Origin: Octopus vulgaris
Taxonomy: Eukaryota
Length of the DNA stretch: 64,000 bases
Assembly (NCBI GenBank): GCA_951406725.2
Contig: OX597818.1
Location: 48,174,001 to 48,238,000 of the forward strand
Reading direction: 5' to 3'
Numbering within the stretch: the stretch's first letter is position 1; each line of letters starts with the position of its first letter. Of the stretch, positions 24,536-38,876 are shown piece after piece. The notes below the pieces were generated by a model. The model saw only the letters and a list, made by a program, of their open reading frames with translations, searched no databases and was not told the origin of the DNA. The translations under genes and the position numbers were made by a program.

Positions 24536-24568
<33 letters not shown>

Positions 24569-24680
24569 CGACGATGATGATGATGATGACGATGATGACG
24601 ACGATGATGATGATGATGGTGATGATGAAGATGATAGTGGAGAGGTTATGATGGTGGTGATGATGATGATGATGATGATG
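24238..24680. repeat. (GAT/GAC/GGT)n trinucleotide microsatellite
   Basis: Direct reading. Source of the poly-D/poly-M pseudo-ORF. Confidence 0.95.
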
Positions 24681-25892
24681 AGTCAGTTGTAGTATTCAGA
24701 GAAAACGAAGAATGTGGATAGCTGGACAGTGAAGGGTTTCTCATTGTGGAGTTTAATAGGTCATCAATTGTGCTAGTTTTGAGGAGTGGCCGTACTGCTG
24801 GTCATACTGTTAATTCAGTAGTATATCTTTACTATATCTTTCCAGAGAATTCCCTTGGGAATTTTATGACCAGCTTCATAAGTAAACATTCTGGACTTTT
24901 TAAAATTTTTTATTTTTTATTTTTGTCCTTTGTTCTTGTTTTGAGAATAAACTTAACTTCAAGCCAACATTTTACAGATCAACTTTTAGACACTATTTTC
25001 CTAAACCTGGCAAAATATGTAGGGGGTACAAATTTTTATTTTGCAGCTCTGAAAAATTTTAGGGGTTGCAAGTGCACCACCAGTACCTCATGTTCCCGAG
25101 CCCTTGCACCTAACTGCACCAGCACAAATTCCCTCACCAGGATATTACAACCTCTAGCCCACAAAGATACTGTTTCCTGTTTCCCAATTGTATCACGGCT
25201 ATAAAAGCCTCCGCTCCTCTGAAAATAGTTCGTTCTATACCACCAACAGTCAAGTCTACCATAAATATTAGTTATTTTTGTTTTTTTTTTCTCATCTTGT
25301 CATTCCAACTGCGTCTTGTCCCCACCCCCCAAGTACGAACTTCGGTAAATTTTGAGAAGTACACCCGCACGCATTACTCTTTTACTTGTTTCAGTCATGT
25401 GACAGTGGCCATGCTGAAGTACCACCTTTAGTCGAGCAAATCGACCCCTCAGGACTTATTCTTTGTAAGCCTTGTACTTATTCTGTCGGTCTCTTTAACC
25501 GAACCGCTAAGTTACGGGGACCTAAACACACCAGCATCGGTTGTCAAGCGATGTTGGGGGGGGGGACAAACACAGACACACATATACACTCACATACATA
25601 TATATATATATATATACATATACACGACGGGCTTCTTTCAGTTTCCATCTACCAAATCCATTCACAATGCTTTGGTCGGCCCGAGGCTATAGTAGAAGAC
25701 ACTTGCTCAAGGTGCCACGCAGTGGGAGTGAACCCGGGAGTTGAGTTTTTTTATGAGTTTTTATTTATTTATTTATTATTCCGCAATGTGATACCAAGCA
25801 TGACTCGCTCCGTTTTCCGTTGGGTTACAATGAGGAACATACACCAACAACCAGAAAAAAAAAAAAAAATAAATAAATAAATAAATAAAAAA

Positions 25893-26482
25893 AGGTGGCG
25901 AGCTGGCAGAATCGTTAGCACGCCGGCCGAAATGCGTCGCCGTATTTCGTCTGCCGCTACGTTCTGAGTTCAAATTCCGCCCAGGTCGACTTTGCCTTTC
26001 ATTCTTTCGGGGTCGATAAATTAAGTACCAGTTACGCACTGGGATCGATGTAATCGACTTAATCCGTGTGTCTGTCCTTGTTTGTCCTCTCTGTGTTTAG
26101 CCCCTTGTGGGTAGTAAAGAAATAGGTATTTCGTCTGCTGTTACGTTCTGAGTTCAAATTCCGCCAAGGTCGACTTTGCCTTTCATTCTTTCGGGGTCGA
26201 TAAATTAAGTAGCAGTTACGCACTGGAATCGATGTAATCGACTTAATCCGTTTGTCCCCTCTATGTTTAGCCCCTTGTGTGTAGTAAAGAAATAGGTATT
26301 TCGTCTGCTGTTACGTTCTGAGTTCAAATTCCGCCGAGGTCGACTTCGCCTTTCATCCTTTCGGGGTCGATAAATTAAGTAACAGTTTCGCTCTGGGGTC
26401 GATCTAATCGACTTAATCCTTTTGTCTGTCCTTGTTTGTCCCCTCTATGTTTAGCTCCCCTTGTGAGCAATAAAGAAATAAG
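25893..26482 (+). repeat. Tandem trimer of SINE family B
   Basis: Headed copy, then units restarting after AAGAAATA at GGTATTTCGTCTG. Confidence 0.85.
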
Positions 26483-27780
26483 AAAACATAAAAAATTACA
26501 ACACATAAGACCTGATATCTGATGGAATCATCTTTATTATTTTGCCAGATCAAGGGCGACGAGTTGGCAGAATGGTTAAAGCGTTAAAACAAAATCCTTA
26601 GCGGCATTTCTTTCGGTTCTGTACATTATGAGTTCAAATTTCATCGAGGACGACTTTACATTTCGTCCTTTCGAGATCGATAAAATAAGTACCAGTTGAG
26701 TATTAGGGTCAATGTAATCAACTATCTCCCCCCCCCACCTAAAATTGCTGGCCTTGTACTAAAACTTGAAACAATTATTTTGCCCCAGATCTAAGGTCAG
26801 TCATAATTCCTGTCATACGTCAGTATGTGACTAATCATCTCGGGTGTGACGGGTGGCTGTTCCTTATTGTTGTCGTTGAATCGAGACTGAAGCACAGATT
26901 TCCAGTTGAAGCTGTTATAAATAATAATAGTCCTAGCCCTGGTTGTCTTCGGAGAATTGCACTGTTTTGGGGTTGTTGCCGTTTTAGAGCTGAAAATATA
27001 AATAAATAAATTGTGGTAAAAGTTTGCTTCCAAACCACGTGGCTCGGGGTTCATTCCTACTGCGTAGCACCTAGGATAAGATATCTTCTGTAACCTCTGA
27101 CCGACCAAAACCTTGTGAGTGGATTTGGTAGAAGCCCGTCGGCTGTTGCCAGCCTTCGCCTGGCCTCCGAGCCGGTGGCACGTAAAAAGCACCATCCGAT
27201 CGTGGCCGTTTGTCAGCCTCGTCTGGCACCTGTGCCGGTGGCACGTAAAAAGCACCCACTACACTCACGGAGTGGTTGGCGTTAGGAAGGGCATCCAGCC
27301 GTAGAAACATTGCCAGATCAGACTGGGCCTGGCGCAGCCTTCTGGCTTCCCAGACCCCAGTAGCATCGTCCAACCCATGCCAGCATGGAAAGCGGACGCT
27401 AAACGATGATGATGATATATATATATATATCGTGCTGTTAGCGTTCCGCATTTCAGTCGAGTGTGATAGTATTAATGTGGTAACATCGTAGATTTCGTCT
27501 TGGTATATGCTTGGCTGATGAAGGTAAAACAAAATATGGGTGAGAGACATATCTTGTAAAACCTGAAACCTGCAGGTCCCACATTATCCTTTTCCGGGTG
27601 TTTCATCTTTCAGATGTTCTCCCTGGAGGTAAGACGTTTTTTTGCTCTAGTTTGTTGCACACACGCATTTTTGCTAATACATACGCGGTGAAGCTACACA
27701 TTAGCGTCGTATTTTTACGTTCGCTATTTCCAGTAAATATCGGTACTTAGTTGTGCCATTTATTTACTTATTTACTAATT

Positions 27781-27849
<69 letters not shown>

Positions 27850-29262
27850 AAGGGACAACAAAACATCCAGTTGGACGATACAAAGAAAACAAAGACGGGT
27901 CATTCGAAGTTTTCTATCTTCAGTCAAGAACCAGATTATCCTCGCAATTTCGACTGATTATTCCTGAGATTGCTCCAATCTGGCCAGCCCCAAGGGAAAA
28001 CTAAGCTTGGAAGAAAGCAGCGAATGTATATAAAAACAAGGACGGGAAAACGGACGTTACACAAATATAAATACAATAAAAATAATAACAGGACATAACA
28101 ACAGGTGTCTTTCGACTAAGGACGAATTGAATTAAGCTGGCGTGGGTGGAAATATATATGTGTGTGTGTGTATGTGTGTTTTCTTTTCTCGTCTATATGC
28201 CTGTTTCTCTCATACGCTCCCTTTCCCCCTTTATCTCTAATCCAACTTTATTTTACGTCACGAATCCATTCTATTCGATACCTTCTTCTGTTTCAGCTTT
28301 CCTTTCTCATATATGTATACTTGTTCGTTATTCACTTTTAACAGCTTGCGTTACAATGTAGCAACAACACTGACAACATGACGTAACAACACATAAACAC
28401 ATTCTTCTTATTCTCCCCGTCCTCTTTTTCCTTCTCCTCTTTACCTTTTCTTTTTCTTCTCCTTTTCTCTCTTTTACATATTCTTTTTTTGTTTCTTTTT
28501 CACTTCTTTTTGAGTCTTATTCTTTGCTCCTTCTTTCTTGTCTGCCTCTTTACTATCGTTTACAGTAATCCCTCGACTATCGCGGGTGTTGTGTTCCAAA
28601 TCCCCCACCCCGTGTGACAGATAAAAATGCGTGAAGTAGAAACAGTACTGTATTCTCTTTTTACTTGTTTCAGTCATTTGACTGCGGCCATGCTGGAGCA
28701 CCGCCTTTAGTCGACTAAGAAATCGACCCAGGACTTATTCTTTGGAAGCCTAGTACTTATTCTATCGTCCCCGCTAAGTTACGGGGACGTAAGCACACCA
28801 GCATCGGTTGTCAAGCAATGTTGTGGGGTACAAACACAGACACACAAACATATACACACACATACATATATATAAATATATATACATGTATACGACGGGC
28901 TTCTTTCAGTTTCCGTCTACCAAGTCCATTCACAATGCTTTGGTCTGCCCGAAGCTACAGTAGAAGACACTTGCCCAAGGTGTCACGCAGTGGGACTGAA
29001 CCCGGAACCATGTGGTTGGTAAGCAAGCTACTTACCACACAGCCACTCCTAGCCATGGATCTGATGAATTGATGTAGTTCCGGGCGATAAGTATTGTAAC
29101 TTTTATTGTTGGTAAATGTGACAACGAAAAAAGGAAAAACAAGTATAATATCGTCCACCGATTAACGAAATTTCCTAACACCAGGATAGCAGACAGATTT
29201 ATGAAATCCTAAGAGGTTGTTCTGCGAAATAGCATCACAAAAGTCACATACACCACAATGTA

Positions 29263-29828
29263 TTGGGTTGTCCGGAAAGTTCGTGCCGATTTATAGTAGC
29301 TTACATTTCGACTTATTTTAGAACATGGTTGAGTCCATAAAATAGGATTTGACTACACCTCCATTTAGAGCACAGTTTAAGCTATCTTTTCGTGGAAGAA
29401 GGTTTATGTTCCTATAATCTGTGTTAATTCTATAACCTTTTAAAGTGGAAGATAAGAAAGCTCAATTTCGACACTTGATGCTTTAGGAACCATACAAAAA
29501 TTGTTGCAGCTCGGCTGGGATGTGTTACCCCACCATCCATATTCACCAGATGTTGCTCCTTCGGATTTCCACTTATTCAGGTCTCTGCAGAATAGTCTTA
29601 ATGGTAAAAATTTCAATTCCTTGGATGACGAAAAAAGATAACTTGATGAATTCTTTGCCATGAAATCACCTCAATTCTAGGAAGAGGGTATTTTCAAGCT
29701 AAAGGAAAGATGGAGACGCATTGTGCAACAAAATGGTTCGTATTTGGTTGATTAAAAATGTAAGGGCAAGTTTTTATTGACCTTTTTCTTTCCTTTAAAA
29801 ATCGGCACGAACTTTCCGGACAACCCAA
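29263..29828 (+). mobile_element. Internally deleted mariner element with intact TIRs
   Basis: TA|TTGGGTTGTCCGGAAAGTTCGTGCCGATTT ... AAATCGGCACGAACTTTCCGGACAACCCAA|TA. Retains the transposase C-terminus LGWDVLPHHPYSPDVAPSDFHLFRSLQNSL...GIFKLKERWRRIVQQNGSY with stops. Confidence 0.93.
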
Positions 29829-30527
29829 TATTTTCAAAACCATTAAAGAATCTAGGATAATGTTAAATGTAACAGAACAGCTTAAGTTCTAATCCCCAGT
29901 GTGGTATTTTCTCGTTTTAAAATCTTATCACCAAGGGGTGAAGGCGCGTGGCCTAGTGATATGGGTGTGGAAAGATCTTGGTTTCGATTCGTGTCATTGA
30001 GCAAGAAACTTCATTGCACATTGCTTCAGTGTCCACTCAGCTGTAAATGAGCCACCCCGTGACGGATTGGACCAGCGTCCTGTTCATGGGGCGGGGCAGA
30101 AAGAGTTGTGACTCGGTTACTTATGCGTCAAGTAAACCAGATTACCGACCCTCTGACTCTCGAGTCCTAGGACTCATAAGGATTAGAGACTTGGGACTCC
30201 AAGTACTAATCACCGGTGCGGTATTTTCTCATTTTTAAATCTTGTAACTTATGGGTGAAGGCCTAGTAGTGAGGGTGTTTGCACTCAAGGTAGTAAGATC
30301 GCGGTTTCGATTCTCAGACCTGGCGGTGCGTTATGTTCTTGAGCAAGAAACTTAATTTCACGCTGCATCAGTGTCCACTCAGCTGTGAATAAGTAACTCC
30401 ATGACTGACTGGATTGGACTGGACTGGTGTCCCGTTCAGTGATCTCGATCACTTCATATGCCATGGAAACTGGATGATAACCAACCCTGCGTGTCCTACG
30501 ACTCGAAGACAGTAATGTCCAGGGTTG

Positions 30528-30635
30528 GTGATGATGATGATGATGATGATGATGAAAATGATGACAATGACGATGACGATGACGATGACGATGATGATGG
30601 TGATGATGATGATGATGATGACGATGACGATGACG

Positions 30636-30667
<32 letters not shown>

Positions 30668-30736
30668 GATGATGATGATGATGGTGATGACTATGATGAT
30701 GATGGTGATGATGGTGATGATGATGATGATGATGAT

Positions 30737-30771
<35 letters not shown>

Positions 30772-30772
30772 T
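30528..30772. repeat. (GAT/GAC)n microsatellite
   Basis: Direct reading. Confidence 0.95.
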
Positions 30773-31184
30773 CTATGGGTTTCTGACCAGTCACTAGGGT
30801 AAATCGTTTGCTTTTAAAGTGATGCTTTCACAACCACATAAGCATTTTGTTGTTATTTTGTTGTGTTTTTTCTTCTTTTTTTTTTATTCTGCCGAGCAAT
30901 GATTTTTTTCTTATTAGAATTTAGATACCGAGAAAAAAGGATGTTGCACTCCTGATATTTTCATTTCGAGTAGAGCGACCTACTTTCACCAGTAAATGAC
31001 ATATGTTCGTCTTATTTTTAGCCTTGACAGAAAACGTAACAGCTGTTTTTAAAATTATTGATTGCCGTTACGGCTTCCTTTGAGGACGGTGGCCGAGTTT
31101 TGATTAAAGGCCATTTTCTTTCAAAGAACCCGTCGAGAATTATTAGCGAACGAACCCGTAATACGAGATAAAGAATGTTTATTA

Positions 31185-31346
31185 GCAGGAGTGGCTGTGT
31201 GGTAAGTAGCTTGCTAGCCAACCACATGGTTCTGGGTTCAGTCCCACTGCGTGGCACCTTGGGCAAGTGTCTTCTACTATAGCCTCGGGCCGACCAAAGC
31301 CTTGTGAGTGGATTTGGTAGACGGAAACTGAAAGAAGCCCGTCGTA

Positions 31347-31417
<71 letters not shown>

Positions 31418-31645
31418 GCGTGTGTCTGTTTATGCGTCTGTGTTTGTCCCCCTAGCATTGCTTGACAACCGATGCTGGTGTGTTTATGTCCCCGCTACTT
31501 AGCGGTTCGGCAAAAAGATACCGATAGAATAAGTACTGGGCTTACAAAAAGAATAAGTCCCGGGGTCGAGTTGCTCGATTAAAGGCGGTGCTCCAGCATG
31601 GCCGCAGTCAAATGACTGAAACAAGTAAAAGAGAGTAAAAGAGTA
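31185..31645 (+). mobile_element. SINE family A
   Basis: Full copy. Confidence 0.85.
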
Positions 31646-31731
31646 GGTGTCGGGGTTTCTCTTTGTGGAATTAAACCTGGTAGTCAGAGCGCAAATGTGT
31701 GGCTGAGACGATAACATAGAACAAAGGTTAT

Positions 31732-32119
31732 GGATCTTTTTGGTTTGAACGGCAGTTTTTTTCTAGCGGTGTCATATGAAATTGTCACCCATAATTATGA
31801 CCCTAGTATCGATCTATTGCATTTCAATCTGTTTTAGGGTTAGTTAGGGTTAGGGATATTTTTTTTTCTTCAATTTCTGCAATTTCAACCAATCAATGAC
31901 GTCTATTGAGGTGAAAACATTCTGTGCCGTATGAATATGTCCCTCGTTTAAGAAACAGATTGGGTTTATTTACATTTCTGAAGAAAAAAAGATACCCTTC
32001 CCCCACCCCTAACCCTAAAACAGATTGAAATGCAATAGATCGATACTAGGGTCATAATTATGGGTGACAATTTCATATGACACCGCTAGAAAAAACTGCC
32101 GTTCAAACCGAAAAGATCC
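31732..32119. mobile_element. Rearranged GGATC-terminated MITE made of two left ends, with TTAGGG repeats
   Basis: GGATCTTTT.GGTTTGAACGGCAG... ~110 bp inverted arms and internal TTAGGG/CCCTAA. Compare the intact copy at 32353-32774. Confidence 0.8.
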
Positions 32120-32352
32120 GAAGCCTTGGCTTGTTTGCCCAATGCGAACACATTTAGCGAACACATTTAGCCCTGAATATCAAACTTTTAATTACTTTTA
32201 TTAGCTCGTTATTGGACCCTCACTAGCGATCTTTCGTTTTGACTTGCAGAACTGTCATCTGAGTTCGTTTGTTTCCGTAAATTTTTTTTATTCATTTACT
32301 TTTGCTTTAAACTAGAGGAGAAAGTGAAAGATGTCTGTACGTGTATATGTGT

Positions 32353-32774
32353 GGGATCTTTTCGGTTTGAATGGCAGTTTTTTCTAGCGGTGTCATATGA
32401 AATTGTCACCCATAATTATGACCCTAGTATCGATCTATTGCATTTCAATCTGTTTTAGGGTTAGGGGTGGCGGGAAGGGTATCTTTTTTTCTTCAGAAAT
32501 GTAAATAAACCCAATCGGTTTCTTAAACGAGGGACATATTCATACGGCACAGAATGTTTTCACCTCAATAGACGTCATTGATTGGTTGAAATTGCAGAAA
32601 TTGCAAAAAAAAAACCCCAAACAAAACAGATATCTAACAAACTATAGAATTTTCTCAATAAAGCCAAGAGAAAAAGATGTTTTATAAACACAATCTACCA
32701 GTATACGAAGTTTAAAAGTGTTTAGTTACGTGGAAATTATTTTAAAAAAACTGCCGTTCAAACGGAAAAGATCC
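32353..32774. mobile_element. Intact GGGATC-terminated MITE
   Basis: TIR GGATCTTTTC.GTTTGAA.GGCAGTTTTTT at both ends and an internal TTAGGG TTAGGG. Confidence 0.8.
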
Positions 32775-32989
32775 TAAGTGTGTGTGTGTGTGTGTGTGTG
32801 AAAGAGAGAGAGAGCGAGGGAGGAAGAGAGAGAGAAAGAAGGAGAAAGAGAGTGAGTGAAGGGGTGTGTTGTCATGTATACGTATATACATCAATACATA
32901 TGCATACATTTTTGTATGTACATGTGTGTGTGTGTGTGTGAGAGAGAGAGTGAAAGTGTGTGTTCTCATGTAAGTTTAAGTGGCACTCA

Positions 32990-33080
<91 letters not shown>

Positions 33081-33637
33081 ATTTCATATACACTTTCATA
33101 CATCTTTCACTTTCTCCTCTCTTTCACTTTAAAACAAGCGTAAATAAATAAAAAAATTTTTACGGAAATTAACAAACAAAACAGCTGATCCGGATGACAG
33201 TTTGCTGAGAACTTTGCGAGCTATAACGAAACATAACCGTCAGGGTACAATATGCACCTGTTTGCTAGAAAAAAGAGCTAAAACCCTTCAAAGCCACGCA
33301 TCTCTCGCTACATGTAAACGTTCTCCGTGCGTGTTTACATATAGCGAGAGATGCGTGGTTTTGGAGAGTTTTAACTCTTCTTTCTAGCAAATAGGTGTAT
33401 ATTATACTCTCTTTACTCTTTTACTCTTTTACTCTTTTACTTGTTTCAGTCATTTGACTGCGGCCATGCTGGAGCACCGCCTTATAGTCGAGTAAATCGA
33501 CCCCAGGACTTATTCTTTGTAAGCCTAGTACTTGTTCTATCAGTCTCTTTTGCTGAACCGCTAAGTTATGGGACGTAAACACACCACCATCGGTTGCCAA
33601 GCAATGGTGGGGGGGACAAACACAAACACTCAAACAT

Positions 33638-33682
<45 letters not shown>

Positions 33683-34005
33683 ACGGGATTCTTCCAGTTT
33701 CCGTCTACCAAATCCACTCACAAGGCTTTGGTCGGCCCGATGCTATAGCAGAAGACACTTGCCCAAGGTGCTACGCAGTGGGAATGAACCCGGATCCATG
33801 TGGTTGGTAAGCAAGCTACTTACCACACAGCCACTCATGCGCCTCCTGACTTTTAATATATATTTTGCATATTCTGTTATGTTTGATGGCCACTCTATCA
33901 TGATTTTTTAGAGATAATAACTTATTTGAATTTCCAGTATATATATATATATATGTGTGTTATGGAGCAGTTACTGTCTATATCTCATTTAGAGAATTAT
34001 TATTG

Positions 34006-34047
<42 letters not shown>

Positions 34048-35651
34048 TCAAAATAAGCAACAAGTATATCCAAGGTATTGCAGTACAATTGTTTCATGCT
34101 ACTTCATTTTATTAAACGCTGTAAGTATTACTTCAGCTTTAAAATGTCGAGCAATCTTCAGCCACATACAGAATTTTTTAATTAAACGGACAATGCGCAT
34201 TCACATAAAATGAAGTAGCATGAAACAATTGTACTACATTACCTTGGATATCCTTGTTGCTTACTTTGATTATAATCACCCCATTTGATTTATATGGATA
34301 ATACCATACGAAATTCTGGTGCCTTTAACTTAAGTACTATATTCATCTGAATCTAAATTTTTGATGAACTATATATATATATATATATACCCTTTATGTC
34401 AGGTCACTTTCGAGCGCTACTGCACGAAAACAACATTGATTAAGCTTCACGCAATGGCCATCCTCGATAACGAGGGGGCAGCCACCACATATACCCTTAA
34501 AGCGAGGAACTTTTCAGCACCCTCTTGTTAATAAAGATGGTTCAGGCATATTGCAGATGCGCCAACGACCACAAATTACTCAGTTCTGTAGGTAACCTCC
34601 AGGATTCTTACATCGCATTTGTAGCTTTTCAAACGAATATATCACCATAATCTTGTGATGTTTAAAAATAACTTTCTTTTAGATATTACTGCACTATGAG
34701 AGCAATAAAAATTATTGAATCTCTGCGTGGCTGTGTGGTAAGAAACTTGCTTCCCAACTACATGGTTCCAGGTTCAGTCCCATTGCGTGGCACCTTTGGA
34801 CAAGTGCCTTCTACTATTGCCACAGGCTGACCAAAACCTTGCGAGAGGGTTTGGTTGATGGAAACTGAAACCAGCCCGTCGTACCGTCGCATATATATGT
34901 GTGTGTGTGTGTGTGTATGTGTATCTTTGTCTGTGTTTGTTCTCCGATCACCACTTGACAATCGGTGTTGGTGTGCTTACGTCCTCGTAACTTAACGGTT
35001 CGGCAAAAGAGACCGATAGAATAAGTACTAGGCTTAAAAAATAAGTCCTGGAGTCGACTTGTTCGACTAAAACCAGTCGAGGCGTTGCTCCAGCATGGCT
35101 GCTGTCAAATGACTGAAAGAAGTAAAAGAATAAAAGAATAAGATGCGACCGTCAGAAGAAGCTATCGTGGAAACGAGCCGAAAGGCAAGTACACCGTCTT
35201 CGGTAAACCCGAAAAGAGCATAACAAATACTCTTTTACTCTTTTACTTGTTTCAGTCATTTGACTGAGGCCATGCTGGAGCACCGCCTTTAGTCGAGCAA
35301 ATCGACCCCAGGACTTATTCTTTGTAAGCCTAGTACTTATTCTCGAGACACGTAGGGTCACCTGAGAATCGAAACCGCTAAGTTACGGGGACGTAAACAC
35401 ACCATCATCGGTTGTCAAGCGATGTTGGGGGGATAAACATATACACACACACATATATATATATACATATATACGACGGGCTTCTTTCAGTTTCCGTCTA
35501 CCAAGGCTCACTCACAAGGCTTTGGTCGGCCCGAAGCTATAGTAGGACACTTGCCCAAGGTGCCACGCAGTGGGACTGAACCCGGAATCATGTGGTTGGT
35601 AAATAAGCTGTTTACCACACATCCACTCCTACGCCTATAAATATTTACTTT

Positions 35652-35799
35652 AAATATCTTACAAACTATAGAATTTTCTAAATAAAGCCAAGAGAAAAAG
35701 ATGTTTTATAAACACATTCTACCAGTATACGAAGTTTAAAAGTGTTTAGTTACGTGGAAAATATTTTTAAAAAACTGCCGGTCAAACCGAAAAGATCCC
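35652..35799 (+). mobile_element. Orphan right end of the same MITE family
   Basis: Matches 32630-32774 and ends AAAGATCCC. Confidence 0.8.
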
Positions 35800-36506
35800 G
35801 CTTTTATTGCATTGGGCAAACAAGCCAAGGCTTCTAAGAGATCGCTTGACCTTCTAGAATTAGCAACTAAATAGGCTCTGAATCACACCCTACCGTGAGA
35901 TAACGTAATGTCACATAATTTATGTCTGATAAAGTTTGCTGATTATAGTTTGTTAAAATAACTTTGATCATAGATAGATCTGGACGATAGACTTAAAATT
36001 ACAATATTGCATTAAGTAAGAAAAAAATAGCAACGAAAATTACTCACTTTTGTAAGTTTTTTATATTTTCTGGAGAATTTGCTAAAATTGAAAATGAAAG
36101 AAAGTAAATTTACATTAAATCAACTTTACATTAAATAAGCGGAAAAATACATTTAAAATTAAAACAACATCGTTTTGTCTTGATGATCACAGAAAGCGTA
36201 CATGCACACGCGCGCATTCATACACATATACATACATATGTACTTACTTATGAGTAGATATATATCCATATATACCTATGAATATCTATGCGTGTGTATA
36301 TATCTATATCTTTATATATTTATATGTATGTAGCTCCCTCCCCACCTCTCTCTCATATATATATATATGAGGTCGACTTTGCCTTTCATCCTTTCATGGT
36401 CGATAAATAAAGTACAAGTTACACACTGGGGTTGATGTAATCGACTTAATCCGTTTGTCTGTCCTTGTTTGTCCCCTCTATGTTTAACCCCCTGTGGGCA
36501 ATAAAG

Positions 36507-36575
<69 letters not shown>

Positions 36576-36932
36576 AATTAGAGAGGAACCACCATGTAGC
36601 AATTCAACAATGATATTATTAAATTTGTTGAATTGCTACATGGTGGTTCTTCTCTAATTTATATACATATATTATATTTTGTGAAATTTGATTTAGTATT
36701 ACTAAATTGAATTTTTCCCTGTAAGTTTGGAATCATATTTCCTAATATCATTATTATTATTATTATTATTTTATTATTTTTTTTTTTTTATTTTTTTTTT
36801 TTTTATTATTATTATTATCATCATTATTATTATTATATATAGGTCCAGGCACCATAGGTGTCTGCTGCTATAGCCTCAGGCCGACCAAAGCCTTGTGAGT
36901 GAATTTGATAGGTGGAAGCTGAAAGAAGCCCA

Positions 36933-36980
<48 letters not shown>

Positions 36981-37232
36981 GCGCGCGTGTGTATACATAA
37001 ATGTCCGAAGTCACTGTCAACCTTTTCCTGGTAAAAGTTTAACACGTATTTCACTAAAAACTATTGTGTAATCCTTCAGTTTAATGTCAAATTGTTTTTG
37101 CATATAACTTGCCATGAAAAAATCCCCATGGTTCCGAGTTGTCTTCTACTATAGCCTAGGGCTTTGTGAGTGGATTTCATAAACAGAAACCGAAAGAAGC
37201 CCATCGTGCACGCACACACACACACACACACG

Positions 37233-37298
<66 letters not shown>

Positions 37299-37387
37299 GA
37301 ATTCACAAAAAAAAAAAAACGAAAGACGAAGACATGTAGTGTAGACAACAAACAGATGTATTAGTATAGCGCTCGGGAAGTGAAAAA

Positions 37388-37429
37388 GTCTTTAACATTT
37401 CGAGCCTACGCTCTTCCACAGAAAGGAAC
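37388..37429 (-). ncRNA. Hammerhead-like motif, second copy of the 4869-4910 family
   Basis: Reverse complement: GTTC-CTTT-CTGTGGA-A-GAGC-gtag-GCTC-GAA-ATGT-T-AAAG-AC. Confidence 0.45.
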
Positions 37430-37873
37430 ACAGAAAGAAACAAGGAGAGAAAATAAAGAATGTGTAGTGGCCAGCGATCTATCTATATACTGTTGCTATT
37501 ATCGTAAACTGTCGTATGTCCAAATTTGGCTAAATGCGTTCTTTTCAATTTTGCTTGCAATAACTGATTCTTTTGGTCAAATTATCGTATGTCCAGCTGT
37601 TTCAGATGCCAAGATATGAAAATTTTCAAAATGTAGTACAACGGTTTACCATTTTTCAAGAGTGTAGTAAGCCCCACATACGGCAGTTTTGCAAAAATAT
37701 TTCTTACTGAAATAATATCATACATACATGGAGTTACGATTTTATACACCCAACAAAGTATTATTGTTAAGCTGAAACTGTTGCTAACGCAAAAAAAGAA
37801 ATGAAATGGTGAAACTGTTTTTTCGTTTTCTGAAAAAGCAACGTTTTGGACTTACGACACTTCTGCATAATAG

Positions 37874-37875
<2 letters not shown>

Positions 37876-37938
<63 letters not shown>

Positions 37939-38793
37939 TATGTATGTATGTATATATGTATACATGCATGTATGTATGTATGTATGTATGTATGTATGTA
38001 TGTTTGTATGTATGTATGTATGTATGCATGCATGTATATATGTATACATGCATGTATGTATGTATGTATGTATGTATGTATGTATGTATGTATGTATGTA
38101 TGCATGCATGTATATATGTATATATGTATACATGCATGTATGTATGTATGTATGTATGTATGTATGTATGTATGTATGTATGTGTATGTATGTATGTATG
38201 TATGCACGTATGTATGTATGCATGCATACGTGTGTGTTGAGATATGTTAGAGATTGTAAGCATCAGGGTTTTATAGACGTATAAAATCAGTGTCACTAAT
38301 ATCGTAATACATACATACATACATACATACATACATACATACATACATACATACATACATGCATACATACATACATACATACATACATGCATGAATACAT
38401 ATATACATACATACATACATGCATGCATACATACATGCATACATACATACATACATACATACATACATACATACATACATACATACATACATACATACAT
38501 ACATGCATAATACATACATACATGCATACATACATACATACAAACATGCATACATACATACATACATACATACATACATACATACATGCATACATACATA
38601 CATACATACATACATACATACATACATACATACATACATACATACATACATACATACATGCATGCATGCATGTATGTATGTATGTATGTATGTATGTATG
38701 TATGTATGTATGTATGTATGTATGTATGTATTAGTGACACTGATTTTATACGTCTATAAAACCCTGATGCTTACAATCTCTAACATATCTCAA
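37876..38793. repeat. Compound (TA)n/(TATG)n/(TACA)n microsatellite containing a 65-bp perfect inverted repeat
   Basis: 38237-38301 is the reverse complement of 38729-38793. Confidence 0.9.
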
Positions 38794-38822
38794 TTTCATC
38801 AAAGCTCAACACACACTGAGAG

Positions 38823-38876
<54 letters not shown>

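Noticed and set aside
24016-24651. 211-aa ORF rich in D and M (and similar ORFs at 30285-30802, 37767-38901, 43312-44187)
   Set aside because: These are translations of (GAT)n, (TACA)n and (GTA)n microsatellites, with no splice context or domain content.
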